From Oculina patagonica (lineage: Eukaryota): a stretch of DNA of 64,000 nucleotides. The notes under the pieces are model-generated. The model made no database searches. It was not told where the DNA came from and saw nothing but the letters and a program-made list of their open reading frames with translations. Of the stretch, positions 1 through 11,901 are shown in pieces. How positions within the stretch are numbered: the first letter of the stretch is position 1; every line of letters begins with the position of its first letter. A program made the position numbers and the translations under genes. The DNA lies in assembly GCF_052425735.1 (NCBI RefSeq), contig NC_135760.1, forward strand, positions 26,722,001 to 26,786,000. The letters are read 5' to 3'.

Positions 1-2176
1 AGACGCCTCAAATTCACTAATGAAGAATGGAGGATTGCACATACAGAAATCAAACTCTTTAGTGTCCTCACCTTCCAAAGGTATTTTGAGAAAACTGTCA
101 TTGGTGACCTCTTTCACTGTAATGAGAGAGCACTGGATAAGTATGAAGTGTAATAGAGATGTCATTGAACCATTGTGAGGGGAAAATGGCAACAACATCC
201 AACAAATGTCTTTGTAGCTAGACTGCAAAACAGTCATTTGTTTCTCTGAAGATGTTGGAAAAGGCGCTTATCGAAGGCGTGAAGCGCAGATCGTCTTGCA
301 AGCCTTGCATGCCCGCACATATTTTACCACACGCCATGCCAGATAAATCGATGTATTTGCTTTGAGTTTTGATTGGTTCACTGGCCTGTGTCTGTCTGTG
401 TCCGTGTTTGTTGGCCAGAGTGATAATGAAAATTCAAGTCATTTTGGTTTTATAATACTTGACTTTTAGTAGGTAGAGTAATTATTAATTAATATTAACA
501 CTGATATTTGCCCTACCACTTATGTAACTTTCTAGGCCATTAGCTTTGACATTTTCCTTTGCATAAGAGGCTGATTGCTCATCCACCTCAGTTGCCAAGA
601 AATGCCAGTTGTTGAGTTTTGCTCCCAGCAGAGGATAAATACAGGATGCTCCTGAACCTAGAAAGAATACAAAAATTAATGATTGCTGTAGACTTTGTAC
701 AAGATTGTAGTATCAAGCCCAGGGGGGGGGGGGGGGGGTACTCCGGCTTGTAAATGACGGGGATAATCAAATGGAGGCAAAACTCTGGACCCAAAAAAAT
801 CCCTTAGTCTTCCGACATAACCCAAAAAAATCCCTGGACCAAAAATAGCCCCCCAAAATATCCCTTGTCAAATTACCCCTAAATTGCCAGGAGGGGCAAA
901 AATATAACACAAAGAAAACCTTAAAAAATTGAACGCTCGTGTTTGTTTATTTATCATACCATAAATACGACAAGGCCGTGCCAAGGCACTTAAGTTCGTT
1001 TTTAATACCCAAAAAAATCCCCTATTTAAATCAAGTCACCAAGCCAAATTTTCCAACCCAAAAAAATCCTGGAATCGAAAATTTCAAACCCCAAAAAATC
1101 CTTTGATCATCCCCGTCATTTACAAGCCGGAGTACCCCCCCCCCCCCTGGGGGGTCAAGCAATATGGTATACAAGCCTTGGATCATCGTGTTTTATTATT
1201 GGACAAGACACTTAACTCTCACAGTACCTCTCTCAACCCAGGCACATACATGGATAGTGGCAAATTAAATGCTGGGGGTAACAGTGGGATGGACTAGCAT
1301 GCCAACCAGGGAGCAGAAGAAATACTCAGAAGTTAGTGGTTCGAGACATTGGCGCAATGTATACTTAAAATTAGTTTGTGGTTTTCAGGTTTGCTAGCAT
1401 GTCCAGAACTTTATTGTGAAATTCCTGAAAAATTTTAGTTGTTCATGATACTATTCTGAGTTTGACAATAAGCCATCTGTCAGGCAAAACAACAAAGTGA
1501 CCATGTGGCTAAACATGACTAAAGCAAAAGGATGCTATCTAAATGAGATCGGTGTGAGACGTGATAACCAAAAGCATAAGCACTAGGTTTTAAATGTCAT
1601 ACTTATACTCAATTACATACTCAAACTCCGTTCGAATTCTGACATTCAGGTCCCTATTAACAATGCCCATGAATGAGAGGATTGCGTGACACTTAACGCT
1701 TAAAATTCCAGTCACTTACTTTGGACAGTGGTGATAACACTATTAATCTATCCAATCTGAATGAATGATTTTGAATGTTCCCCCACCACATCCATACATT
1801 GATAGAAATACAATTTTTACAGCATATAAAACATTTTAGTCCTACCAATATCGAAACCACGAACTATTGCGTGACGCTGGGTATCAGATAGACAAGCAAG
1901 TAGGTCCTCAATCCATAAGATGTAGTTAAGACGGAGAGGAACTGTAGGTATCAATCGATCCAAGGGAATGCTGAGTTTAAGACCGAAGTCGTTTTCTAGC
2001 AAAGCGCAAGTCAATGCTCGCAGTGCTTCGGGATCTTTGAAGTTTACAGAGAACTGTCCAGCTTTAGTTTCCTTAGCAATCTTCCGAAAGTAATCATATT
2101 TTTCGGCAAGTATCTTGAAGTCAGGTGGAGACTTTCTGTAAATGTTCCTTGGGTGCATTAGGTCATTGAAGGCCAT
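1..2176 (-). CDS. METTL16: U6 snRNA/MAT2A m6A methyltransferase METTL16, 5' part (exons 2176-1846, 657-517, 116-<1; continues beyond window start)
   Basis: Spliced translation MAFNDLMHPRNIY...PDF...LIPTVPLRLNYILWIEDLL...GFDIG|SGASCIYPLLGAKLNNWHFLATEVD...|...FDFCMCNPPFF; contains the SAM-binding DIGxGASCIY and catalytic NPPF motifs; GT-AG junctions keep frame. Confidence 0.95.
718..1151. mobile_element. MITE with CCCAGG(n)TAC...GTAC(n)CTGGG termini, in METTL16 intron 2
   Basis: Inverted termini gtactccggcttgtaaatgacgggga / tccccgtcatttacaagccggagtac; flanks gtatcaag / gggtcaag resemble a degenerate 8-bp TSD. Confidence 0.8.
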
Positions 2177-3460
2177 ACTTTATGCTGTCAGGTCAATGAA
2201 ACAGTGAAAAATCACACAAAGAACGAATGAGCAGTGTGCCGCCATATTGGACGCTCTAAGTAGGAGACTGGAATTTAGTGTCCAGATTTCTTGCAGTCGG
2301 GGCTCCACTCGGACAAAGCGCACTACAAGCCCTCCCCCGCCACCCTCCGAGTTTATTTCTTTCTAAGAGGGAGACCTTATTTGAAAGAGGAGATGGGGGC
2401 TTATGGAATCTGTAAAGTTGCGCTCGCTGCCTTGCTCCTTTGTTAATCGAACTCTCAGGTGGGCAGGTGGAGGAGATGGGGCTTTTTTTAATCAAAGCTT
2501 TCACGTTTATTAAAGTACACAGGACAACTAAGCAAAATATTTCAAAAACCTATTTACAATTGTCGGTCGATTTTTCTGAACAGCAAGCCTGCGGTGAATG
2601 CCATCGCGACGCTGGAACCTTTAGCTTCAGCGATTAGCTTGGGATCCTCTCCGGGAATTTTTTTATAACGTTTAATTTGACTATTGTCAACCTGTTGTAA
2701 GCAAACTATATCTTGTAGTCGAACGCTCTGGATGTCGTTGAAATTAAACGCAGAAAATTAAGCTTGAACCATCAAAATCGCTATTTAAAAAAAATGCGGT
2801 TTGCCATAATTTGTTGTTCGTATGCTTTTCAATGTTCTAATCGATCACATGACAGCGGTTTCCTTTCATTGAAATAAATGGGCGACCGTAAAATGTAAAA
2901 CGGTTTGGGCGATTTAAATAACGACAATAACTCAACGTTGTTTTGTCTACCATGATGGACAAAGGTGCTTCTCTATCACGAAACAGTTGTATCCACAATT
3001 TTGAGAAAAACTGAACTGATACCTTAAGAACTAAACTTCCTAGTCGAATATATACCATATGTCTAGATTTTATAACTTTTTATTAAGGCAAAATCTAAAA
3101 CCTTTACCCGCACAAGTAAGAACTTGCTATTATCAGAGAGCCCCGGGAAACTTAATAGGTTCGACAAGGTCAAGGACAATTCTGAATTCAAATCATGCGA
3201 CAAACAAAACGTTGACTCAACGTTTTGTCCAGAGGCAGTTTTTACTGTAAAACCGCAATTCTACAAGCAGGAAACCTTATTGGATCCATGCATCTGTAAC
3301 TCAGGATTCTATAGAAAACTGAATCAAAAGCCTTTGTTCTCTGTCTGTTAGATTCCATAAAATTTGCCTTCGCTTATTTCCATGCTCACTTATACGCCCC
3401 GACTACAACCTAAACAGTTCTCAAGTCTATAAAGTGAACTTACGATAAGTAATTAATATA

Positions 3461-6400
3461 ATGGTAAGTTCTTCCATGGATAAACCCTCGATGGAAGATA
3501 CAACTGGCACTAAGGTTGTATTTGATGGCGGATCCAAATCTGCTAATTCTGTATCGAAAAATCATCCTCGAAGGACCGCGTTGGTCATAATTGGTTTAGC
3601 AGTTCTTCTATTCCTTGTAGCTGTAGTTTTGTCAGCTGCTGGGTATAGGCGAAGAGAGAAGGAAAGAACGAAATCTTCCACGTGCTCTGTTGCTGAAGTG
3701 AACTTGGAGCAGGGTGAAATACTGATGTATGAAGTTGAACAGAAGTTAGAAATACGAGGCGGAGACGTACAGAAAGGTACAGTTCATACCCCGGGGGGGG
3801 GGGGGGTACTCCCTATAATGGCCTATACGGGGAGGCTCCGCCCGAAAGGGGTACCTTTTTCAGGCTTCAGGTATATAAAAGGGTAGGGATTTCACGAGTT
3901 TAAGTATATGAAAGGGTATGGAAATCTGTCATTTGGCTATTTAAAAGGGCCTTTAATTAAAATATTTCGAACAGACGCAATTTATGGCTGTATTATTTTA
4001 ATTTATTAAGCGCTACATAAAAATGACAAGAAAACGTCCTATTTTAAGTCCACGCCATGTCTCTTAGGTATATGAAAAGGGTACCTTTTTTCAGTTAAAG
4101 GTATACGAAAGGGGTACAATTTCTGTCAAAAATGGTATATAAAAGGGTAAGGGGTTAGAACTTGGGGCGGAGCCTCCCCGTATAAATCTTTTCTGAGTAC
4201 CCCTCCCCCCCCCCCCCCGGGAGTTCATAACGAAAAAACTTTTCTTTCTATACTCATATATAAAAGGTATCGTGCTCTTTTCCTTTTCAACTTATGACGT
4301 TTAGTTATGTAAACTTAAATTATTTGTATATTTTATATGTATTGATAAAATTTCAAAGGAATCCCAATCGGCTTGCTATACAGTCAAACGTGGGTCAACC
4401 TCGTGTTTTCGAGTCTGTCTGTTTACTACCTGTAATCCATCATGATTTCCATTTTCGCCATCGCTAGACATCCTGACTTCCTAACGGGTTCCATTCGCTA
4501 TTCTAGTACTGTTCTACAAATTCAAAACATTTTGGTCTGTACTTCAGTTTTTAAGTGATGCAGGGTTTTAATTAAATATGACCTACTTGAAATCATGTTC
4601 CAAATCGACTCGGTGCAATAACCAGAATCATCAATTATCTGGAAACACCGAAAGTTCACTAGTGAAAAAAATTAATTTTTAATTTAAAACAGCCGGTTTT
4701 GGCCGCTTTTGCCAATAAAGAAAGGAGCATAGGCTATCATACATGTTGCTGAGCGAATATTACTTTATGGCTCTTGGTCTCTTTTTCACAGTCTCCCTCA
4801 TACCACGAATTAAGTCTAGCAAATCTCTCTTTCTAATTGCGATATGTCTACACCATAGAATCTTGTCCGGCCATCGCAATGAAGTGAAGGCCGGGTATAA
4901 ATTAATTACAGTGGAACCCCGTCAAGACGAACCTCTTTATAACGAAGTCACGGTACAACCAACGATATTTTTGTAGCCTCCAGCGTAGCAGACGCCTGTG
5001 TAGTTTTTGGGTGCGCATTTGAGAAACACGAAACTCGCGGTGCTTAAGAAGCCACGCGTGGCCTTCAACCCGACCAAAGTTACTAACAATAAAATGTATT
5101 AAATAATAAAGATGGTAAATTTTAATTTTTTAGAGCGCCCAACCGGTATCTGGGAGGCCATGGGTTCGATTCCCGTCGGGGACTCAGAATTTTTCTTTGT
5201 CCCATGCTCGTGTCATGTAGAACATCTTATCTTTAATAAAATGTATGATAAAGACCCCGGTACATCTTTAATAAAATGTATGACAAAGACCCCGGTACAA
5301 AGAAATCTCGTTATAATGAACATAGTTTCAAAATCGATTCCGAGTCCCTTGGATCCTTGGTATTTCGTTCTATCGGGGTTCCTCTGTAGCAATATCTCAG
5401 TTTTTTTCTATTCCTCAGGTACAATCATTGCAATTGTTGAAATCCGTGTTCTTAACAAGACATCAGAGGAGTATTGGTTCCTAATGAAGATCAACATCAC
5501 TGTAGAGGGTGACAACGTGGGTAATATGGGCGGAGTGAAGTCAGGGATAACAGATTACTTTCTCATCAAACTTAAGGTCACCTCAAGGTAATTAACATGT
5601 GGTTTCCGGTCGCAAAATCAATTTAACCAAAACGGGAAACGACTTTTAATTCGTGTCACTTGGGAGGTTCGGGTAATCAAGTGTTCGAGACTGAAATAAA
5701 AAGATCATGTTCTACATGCACATCGTAAGTAAATAATCTGTGATTTGAAAATATTGAATGAAAACCTATTCGTTATAGGCAGTTCACGGCCTCTTTATTT
5801 TTGAACGCAAAATCATCTCGAGAAAAAAAGGGTGAGAGTGAAGCGTGAGGGGGTACCCCTCACGATAAAATAGAATTAATTACGATAAAATAGAAGACAC
5901 AGCCGCGGTGCTGTGCTCCGCTCCGCTGCGCTGCGCNNNNNNNNNNNNNNNNNNNNNNNNNNNNNNNNNNNNNNNNNNNNNNNNNNNNNNNNNNNNNNNN
6001 NNNNNNNNNNNNNNNNNNNNNNNNNNNNNNNNNNNNNNNNNNNNNNNNNNNNNNNNNNNNNNNNNNNNNNNNNNNNNNNNNNNNNNNNNNNNNNNNNNNN
6101 NNNNNNNNNNNNNNNNNNNNNNNNNNNNNNNNNNNNNNNNNNNNNNNNNNNNNNNNNNNNNNNNNNNNNNNNNNNNNNNNNNNNNNNNNNNNNNNNNNNN
6201 NNNNNNNNNNNNNNNNNNNNNNNNNNNNNNNNNNNNNNNNNNNNNNNNNNNNNNNNNNNNNNNNNNNNNNNNNNNNNNNNNNNNNNNNNNNNNNNNNNNN
6301 NNNNNNNNNNNNNNNNNNNNNNNNNNNNNNNNNNGTGGAAAGAGACTTGTCTTTTCCTCTTTCTATCAAACCACAAGTGCGCATGATCGGACGATTTTAA

Positions 6401-8905
6401 TTGTAAAATTCTATAATTGTTTAAGTTTAAATTAGTCGAATCCACATTTGTCCACATTTATGCTTGTTTGCTTGTTTGTTTGTTAACAGGTTGAAGTCGA
6501 CGCACGCAAATAATGAAACAGCTGAGTCGTTTGAACTGTACGGACACCAAAAAACCGATGGAGATTTCCTTCGTTATGTGTACAGCATCGTTAACCAGCT
6601 TCTTCCTGCTGTAAAACAGGATCTTTACGAAGATGTCGATGGAAAGAGAGTCAACCCAAAAAACGAACTAAACCCTGAGATTTCTCCATTGTTCCCTGGG
6701 GCCGTGAAAATGCACAGAAAGGCAAACACATCGGACAAAACCGCAGTTTTGATCGAGAACCATTTTAACCGTACTGATCTTGTCAACGTGTCATCTGAAA
6801 TTGATTTGGACATGACTTATTCTGACTTGATGTTCATTAACAAGACCAACGGAATGGTAACAGAAAGCCGCGCGTACTTGTCAGAGCAGCTAAACTTTGG
6901 AGAACCAATCCACAGCAAAAGTGGTTTTGACATAACAAAGATGAATGTAACGCTGCTAAGTAAGATTACACTCATTGAAGACAGCCCCAGCAGCAGTCAC
7001 CTTGCAGACGCGGAATTTGCAGCTGTTAAAACCCGTGCATTTGTTAAGCTTGTCTTGCCCAAATCTGACGCATATTTTACCCTGAACGAAAAGCCAGTTG
7101 AAGCAGCAAATATATGCCTTAATTCGAGTGGTAGTTCCTTCAATGATTCAGACTGCTCTAACACCAACACAACAGGGCCACATTCCACTGTAAAACGGAC
7201 ACGCAGAGCCGGCCGATTCACCCGTAACAGATGGAATGGCTTAAATAAACAAAATCTTCGCGCCACTATTAGAAGAACACCAACACTTTTCGAGAAGAAA
7301 GTGATCGGAATAAACGTTAAAGGAGAAACAAATGTTTGGCTTACGCCTAAACACCGGCATCGCTTCGAGGTGGGCGTTGGCTTTACGCTGCGATTTGGCA
7401 GTCTTAGCGTTGGGCTGTTCCATAAACGGTTCAACGATCAACAGATTAAGAGGGGCAGTTTTATCAGGATAAGAAACAAATGGGAAAAGAGATTTGTAAG
7501 TATCTCTATTTTGTATAAAAGTGTAATGACTAAGAGCAGCATGGGGTGACATGAAAGCTGTGAAAAGTTAAACTGGTATAATAACATTAACATGCAAGAG
7601 ACAACAAGGAATTCTTGTCTTAGTGATTCAGCCAAATTTTCACAAAGAATCTATGGCTAATTTTATCATCAGACCATATACATTCACTGAAGATTTATGC
7701 CTATAAAAATAGCTTTAGGCTTAAAAACCTTCCTTTCGATCTTTAATGGACCTTTTTGGTGATATGCCGTGTGGTTATACTCTTTTCATTCATTTCATTA
7801 TCTCTAGCTTCATTTCCATTTTGTTTTGTCGTCCCTTTCTTTATTTTCGGCCAAAACCCCTTACCACTATTTGATCACGCCCACGGTTTGGGCGGGATGT
7901 TGCTACGGAAACAAGATCTTTCCTGATAAGGGGATGTGTCAACTATCTGAATGCTCGTATCATTCCCGGCCGATTGGACAATCTCTTTGGCTACTTGCCA
8001 CATTAAACGCGATTTTTTTCCGCAGGCCGAAACACTAAATAAACTTGTTTTTCTCAAGACCATGCTGTTGTTTCAATCTACAGGCTATTGAGGTTCCGGT
8101 TTACTTCCTCAGACTGGGTGTGGAGTTTAGTCTGTGGATTCCAGTGGACATCACGCTGAGGTTTCCTCACAGGGAAAACTCGCTCTCTCCACCAAAGCTT
8201 GCTGTAGAGGTAACAGATTAAATCAGATTTTACAGTTCTTTATAAGAAACCTCTTAATAAAAATATTTTGCGGCCAAGAAAGCAAACGCATTTTAAAAAC
8301 ATACTGAGGAACCTTTAATCTTTAATTGTAATAACTTCCATTAGAATACTAATCCGGCAATGGTACAGGCCAGCGGCTAGCAAAGACAACAAAAAATTAT
8401 CATTACATGCAGTTACAAAGTTTTGATATTTTCTTCGACTACATAATTACATAAGCAAACTACAATTCCCCAAGTTTAACCAACTTATAGTCCGTTTTTA
8501 TATAATTATCTCTGAGTTAAGTTATCTTTTAGTGCTTATGCCTCGTTTAATTTACCTTTCGTTCAGATCGAGCCCTCGGTTGCCGTGACAACCAGTCTCG
8601 CAGGCTATGTATCAGTCTACGTTCTTCGCGCGGGAGTTTATGGCGATGGAACCCTGGTGCGAGGAAGCCTCCCTGTCAAGCTGTCGTACCGCGCAGACCG
8701 TTATCCAGGAAGGAAATGGTGCCTAGCTCTTTCAGCAAGGATGACTGCCATAGAGCTTGAAGCAGGAATTTTCTATCAATGGATTTCATGTAAATGGTCG
8801 TGGTTCTGGTTTAAATGTGATTGGGGCGATCGAAGCACTCTTTACCGTTTTGGAAAATGGGCCGCTTATAGATTCAACTGGAAGCTGTTTGAAACTTGCT
8901 TCTAA
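3461..8905 (+). CDS. Uncharacterised type II membrane proprotein, paralog 1 (exons 3461/3476-3776, 5419-5587, 6490-7495, 8084-8209, 8567-8905; ~646-651 aa)
   Basis: All junctions GT-AG and frame-preserving (phases 1,2,0,0). TM segment ALVIIGLAVLLFLVAVVLSAAG; motifs AEVNLEQGE, RVLNKTSEEYWFLMK, QLLPAVKQDLYEDVDG, INKTNGMVTESRAYLSEQLNFG shared with paralogs 2 and 3; RTRR cleavage site. Confidence 0.88.
3789..4221. mobile_element. MITE with CCCGG(n)TAC termini and perfect 8-bp TSD, in paralog 1 intron 1
   Basis: TSD agttcata at 3781-3788 and 4222-4229; inverted subterminal tatacggggaggctccgccc / gggcggagcctccccgtata. Confidence 0.88.
4909..5386. mobile_element. Tc1/mariner-pogo-type MITE (TA TSD) with a nested SINE fragment
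   Basis: ta|cagtggaaccccg ... cggggttcctctg|ta; same family as 46522-46697; tRNA B-box gggttcgattccc near 5162. Confidence 0.65.
5937..6334. other. Assembly gap (run of N) inside paralog 1 intron 2
   Basis: Continuous N characters. Confidence 1.
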
Positions 8906-10200
8906 ATGACTTAGTATTGCATGCAGACCTATTAGTGTCGCTAATTGCTGCCTAAGGCCTTATTTGACGTAGTTCAGGGCCCGGTAGTTTATTCTGAAAA
9001 TGTTGGCATCTGGGGTGTCACGTAAAGTGTATCCCCAGTGTCTGGAAAAGCGTTGCGTGACATTGCATATAAGGAATAAATAGATTGTGCTCGGCAACTT
9101 TTGAGCAACTTTTAACGTTTTGAGCAACTTTTTGTAGTACCAGCAACCTACGGCAACTTTTGCCTCCCTTGGCAACTTTTGAGCAACAAATTGATATAAA
9201 ACCGATCCAAACCATAAAACTAGGTTTATCAAAACTGATTTTATTAAATGTGTGTCACAGAGGCTTATGGCATCGGAATCAGAAGAAATATCAGACGAGG
9301 AAAATGGAAATAACTCTAGAGAGCTAGCAACTTTTCTAAATTTTGGTGGCAACTTTTTGATATTTAAGCAACTTTAGAGCAACTTTTGGGAATATTGTGA
9401 AGCACCTTTTCCTGAATTTACTAGCACAATCTATTCATGCCTATTTATGCATATGACGGCTGCGAATGAAGGAGGGTATGACCTGGTTCTTCAAAAAGCG
9501 AGTTACGCTAATCTCAAATTCCAAGCTCTGTTTTCACAACCGGCTAGTTTTAAATGACAAATTAACTTTTTTTAAAACATAAAAATATTAGCCTGCATTG
9601 CAGACGAAACTAAACTATCGAGGTTTTGTGACACGTCCGGCCGCGACGCAGGCTAAAAAATATTAGTCAAAAAAGGAAACTGAGGAATAATCGAGAATTC
9701 TGCTTTAGCTTTAATCCTGATTTCAACAACAGAACTAATTAGACAGCTGCAATTAATGTTCACACCTATGTGGGTTAATTCGGGGAGGGGAATAATCTCC
9801 GAAAATTGGGGGTGTGCGGCGCTCTTTCTAAAACCCTAACCCAATGTCAGACCTTACCCAAAAATTGATACCCCATTTTCATACCAGACCCTACCCCAGC
9901 AGGAACTGCGTCGGTAGTAGTTTTTTTTTTTACAAGAATTACAGCTGCCGACTTCAGTGCACAAACCATATCCTATTTCAGACCAAAACGGTTCAAAAAC
10001 CATACTCTTTAGCGCCGCACATACCTGTATAGCTTATATAAGTGAATACCCTCCCCCCCCCCCCACCCCCACGAGGGTAATGAACTAATGCCGTTACAGT
10101 TATGTGACAATAAAGATTGGTTTTAATGCCAAAATTTGTGTTTTTCTGGACCTTTGATTGAGCACCTGAGAAAAATAACAGAAAGTGTTAAAACGTGTTT

Positions 10201-10460
10201 GGGAAGCAGGGATGGCGCAGTGGTGAGAGCGCTCGTTCTCACTACCACCGCTCTCACGGTTCGAATCCCGGACCTGGCGACATATGTGGGTTTAGTTTAT
10301 TGTTGGTTCTTGTCTATCCTCCGAGGGTTTTTCTCCGGGTTCTCCAGTTTTCCTCCTTCCACAAAAACCAACACTTCTAAATTCTTATTCGATTGAAATC
10401 CGAGAGCCACAGGTTTGTTAGTCGCAAGACTATTGAGTGCAATCCTCGTAAAATAAAGTC
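10201..10460 (+). mobile_element. tRNA-derived SINE
   Basis: A box tggcgcagtgg, B box ggttcgaatccc, followed by the common SINE body gggtttttctccgggttctccagttttcctcc. Confidence 0.8.
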
Positions 10461-11439
10461 AAGAATTTAGCATGGCAAATAATACGCAAAGAGTTCGTGT
10501 TTTCACCAATTCCACACGAGCAGTCATTTTAAACCGCAAAACATGTCTTACAACTTGCGCAGTTCATGAAAGAAGCCAACTGTTTTTCACAATCAAATTA
10601 ATAAAGCCGGCGCGTGATTTAGTAAATATTAAATATATACGATATACAAGAAAATAACGTAAAACGAAGAATAATGATTATTTTTGGCAGGCCTTTTATT
10701 CGTCTTTCCACTTAACGAAAATCACACACAATCTTACAAATAATGGCTAGTCCTTTATAACAAAGAACCACCCCCTCCACTCATGATCATTTTCTTTAGT
10801 GATCGTGATTTACCTTGAATTAGGCCTATTTGATATCTATTTATGATTACTTTAGAAACTTTTACTTTCTATCTTTATAATATAGTCACACGCAAACTCA
10901 AACACACAAAGCACACACTGTAGTTATAAGCTGATGTCCCTGTCTCTGAAGTAGACTCGAAGCGAAATATTAGAATTTTATGTGACAAACTAAAACTAAA
11001 ACTCCATACCTTTGCTATGCACTTGGATTAAAACACGTGAACGAAGGGTCACAAACTTGCCGCTAGGTGCGTCTGATCGAGGCAATTTGAAAGAGCCTTT
11101 TAACTAAACTACCTAAATGATAGTTTCCCCAAGAGAACTCCTAAGTTTTTTTATATATACTTCAATACCCTTTCATATTCCTCAATTCAGACAGAGAAAA
11201 GTACTGCTTTCGGACGTGGCCTCTCCTCTCCTCTCTCTCTCTCTGGTTAAGGAAGAACCTTAATTCCCGTGTGGCTATTAAACTTACACTTTTTTTCGCG
11301 GTTACATCTTTGTGAGTACTGTACTTTGGCTGAAATTTGAATCACATCGATATCTTCTGCATTAGTGTTTTTGAAGTCTCTTACTTACGGAATTAGGAGT
11401 TAGTTTCACTCATCTTGTAACTGAACAACACCTAATTCT

Positions 11440-11650
11440 CTGACGTAAAGTGTATGAAATAATTCATATATGTGAACTGCAGGTGAGATGTAAAGTGAAA
11501 AATTCCTCGCAGTGAATTACAATTAAAGAAATTGCAAAGAAAGAAACCAGAAAAAATTCTGGCTTCAAGGGGATTCGAACCGGTGACCTCCGCGATAAGG
11601 GTGCGATGCTCTACCAACTGAGCTATTGAAGTCACACATTGGGGGTGAGG
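11440..11650 (-). mobile_element. tRNA-derived SINE-like repeat
   Basis: Minus strand tagctcagttggtagagc...ggttcgaatcccc followed by a non-tRNA tail; related copies near 47890-48020 (-) and 51550-51665 (+). Confidence 0.7.
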
Positions 11651-11901
11651 TCTGTTGAAATATTGAATACCAAAATTGCATTTCTTACGATAGCGTTTAT
11701 AAGGTTAATCCTCTATGAATTAGTTAGAGGGTCGATATAAGCCCCCCACAAACCCCTCCATCCCCTCCACCCCCCTCCCCCCACCCCCCACTCATAACCA
11801 GCCAGTGTCTAATGGGCATATATTTAACAATTATTCACCGAAGTGGAGGTGAATTGAAAGACAAATCCCTTAAGATCAAAACGAATTAAATCTTAAGAAG
11901 C

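Noticed and set aside
3777-3886. C-terminal extension of ORF 3461-3886, and N-terminal extensions of ORFs 5112-5591 and 57510-57800
   Set aside because: Read-through into intron, MITE or SINE sequence, or into 5' UTR/promoter DNA; splice sites and paralog or family alignment define shorter exons.
5860-6457. Four long ORFs in the ORF track
   Set aside because: They exist only because they run through the N gap.
11560-11635. tRNA-like sequences here and at ~10210, ~22860, ~47935, ~51565
   Set aside because: Broken cloverleaf or acceptor stems followed by SINE bodies; treated as SINE heads or pseudo-tRNAs, not tRNA genes.
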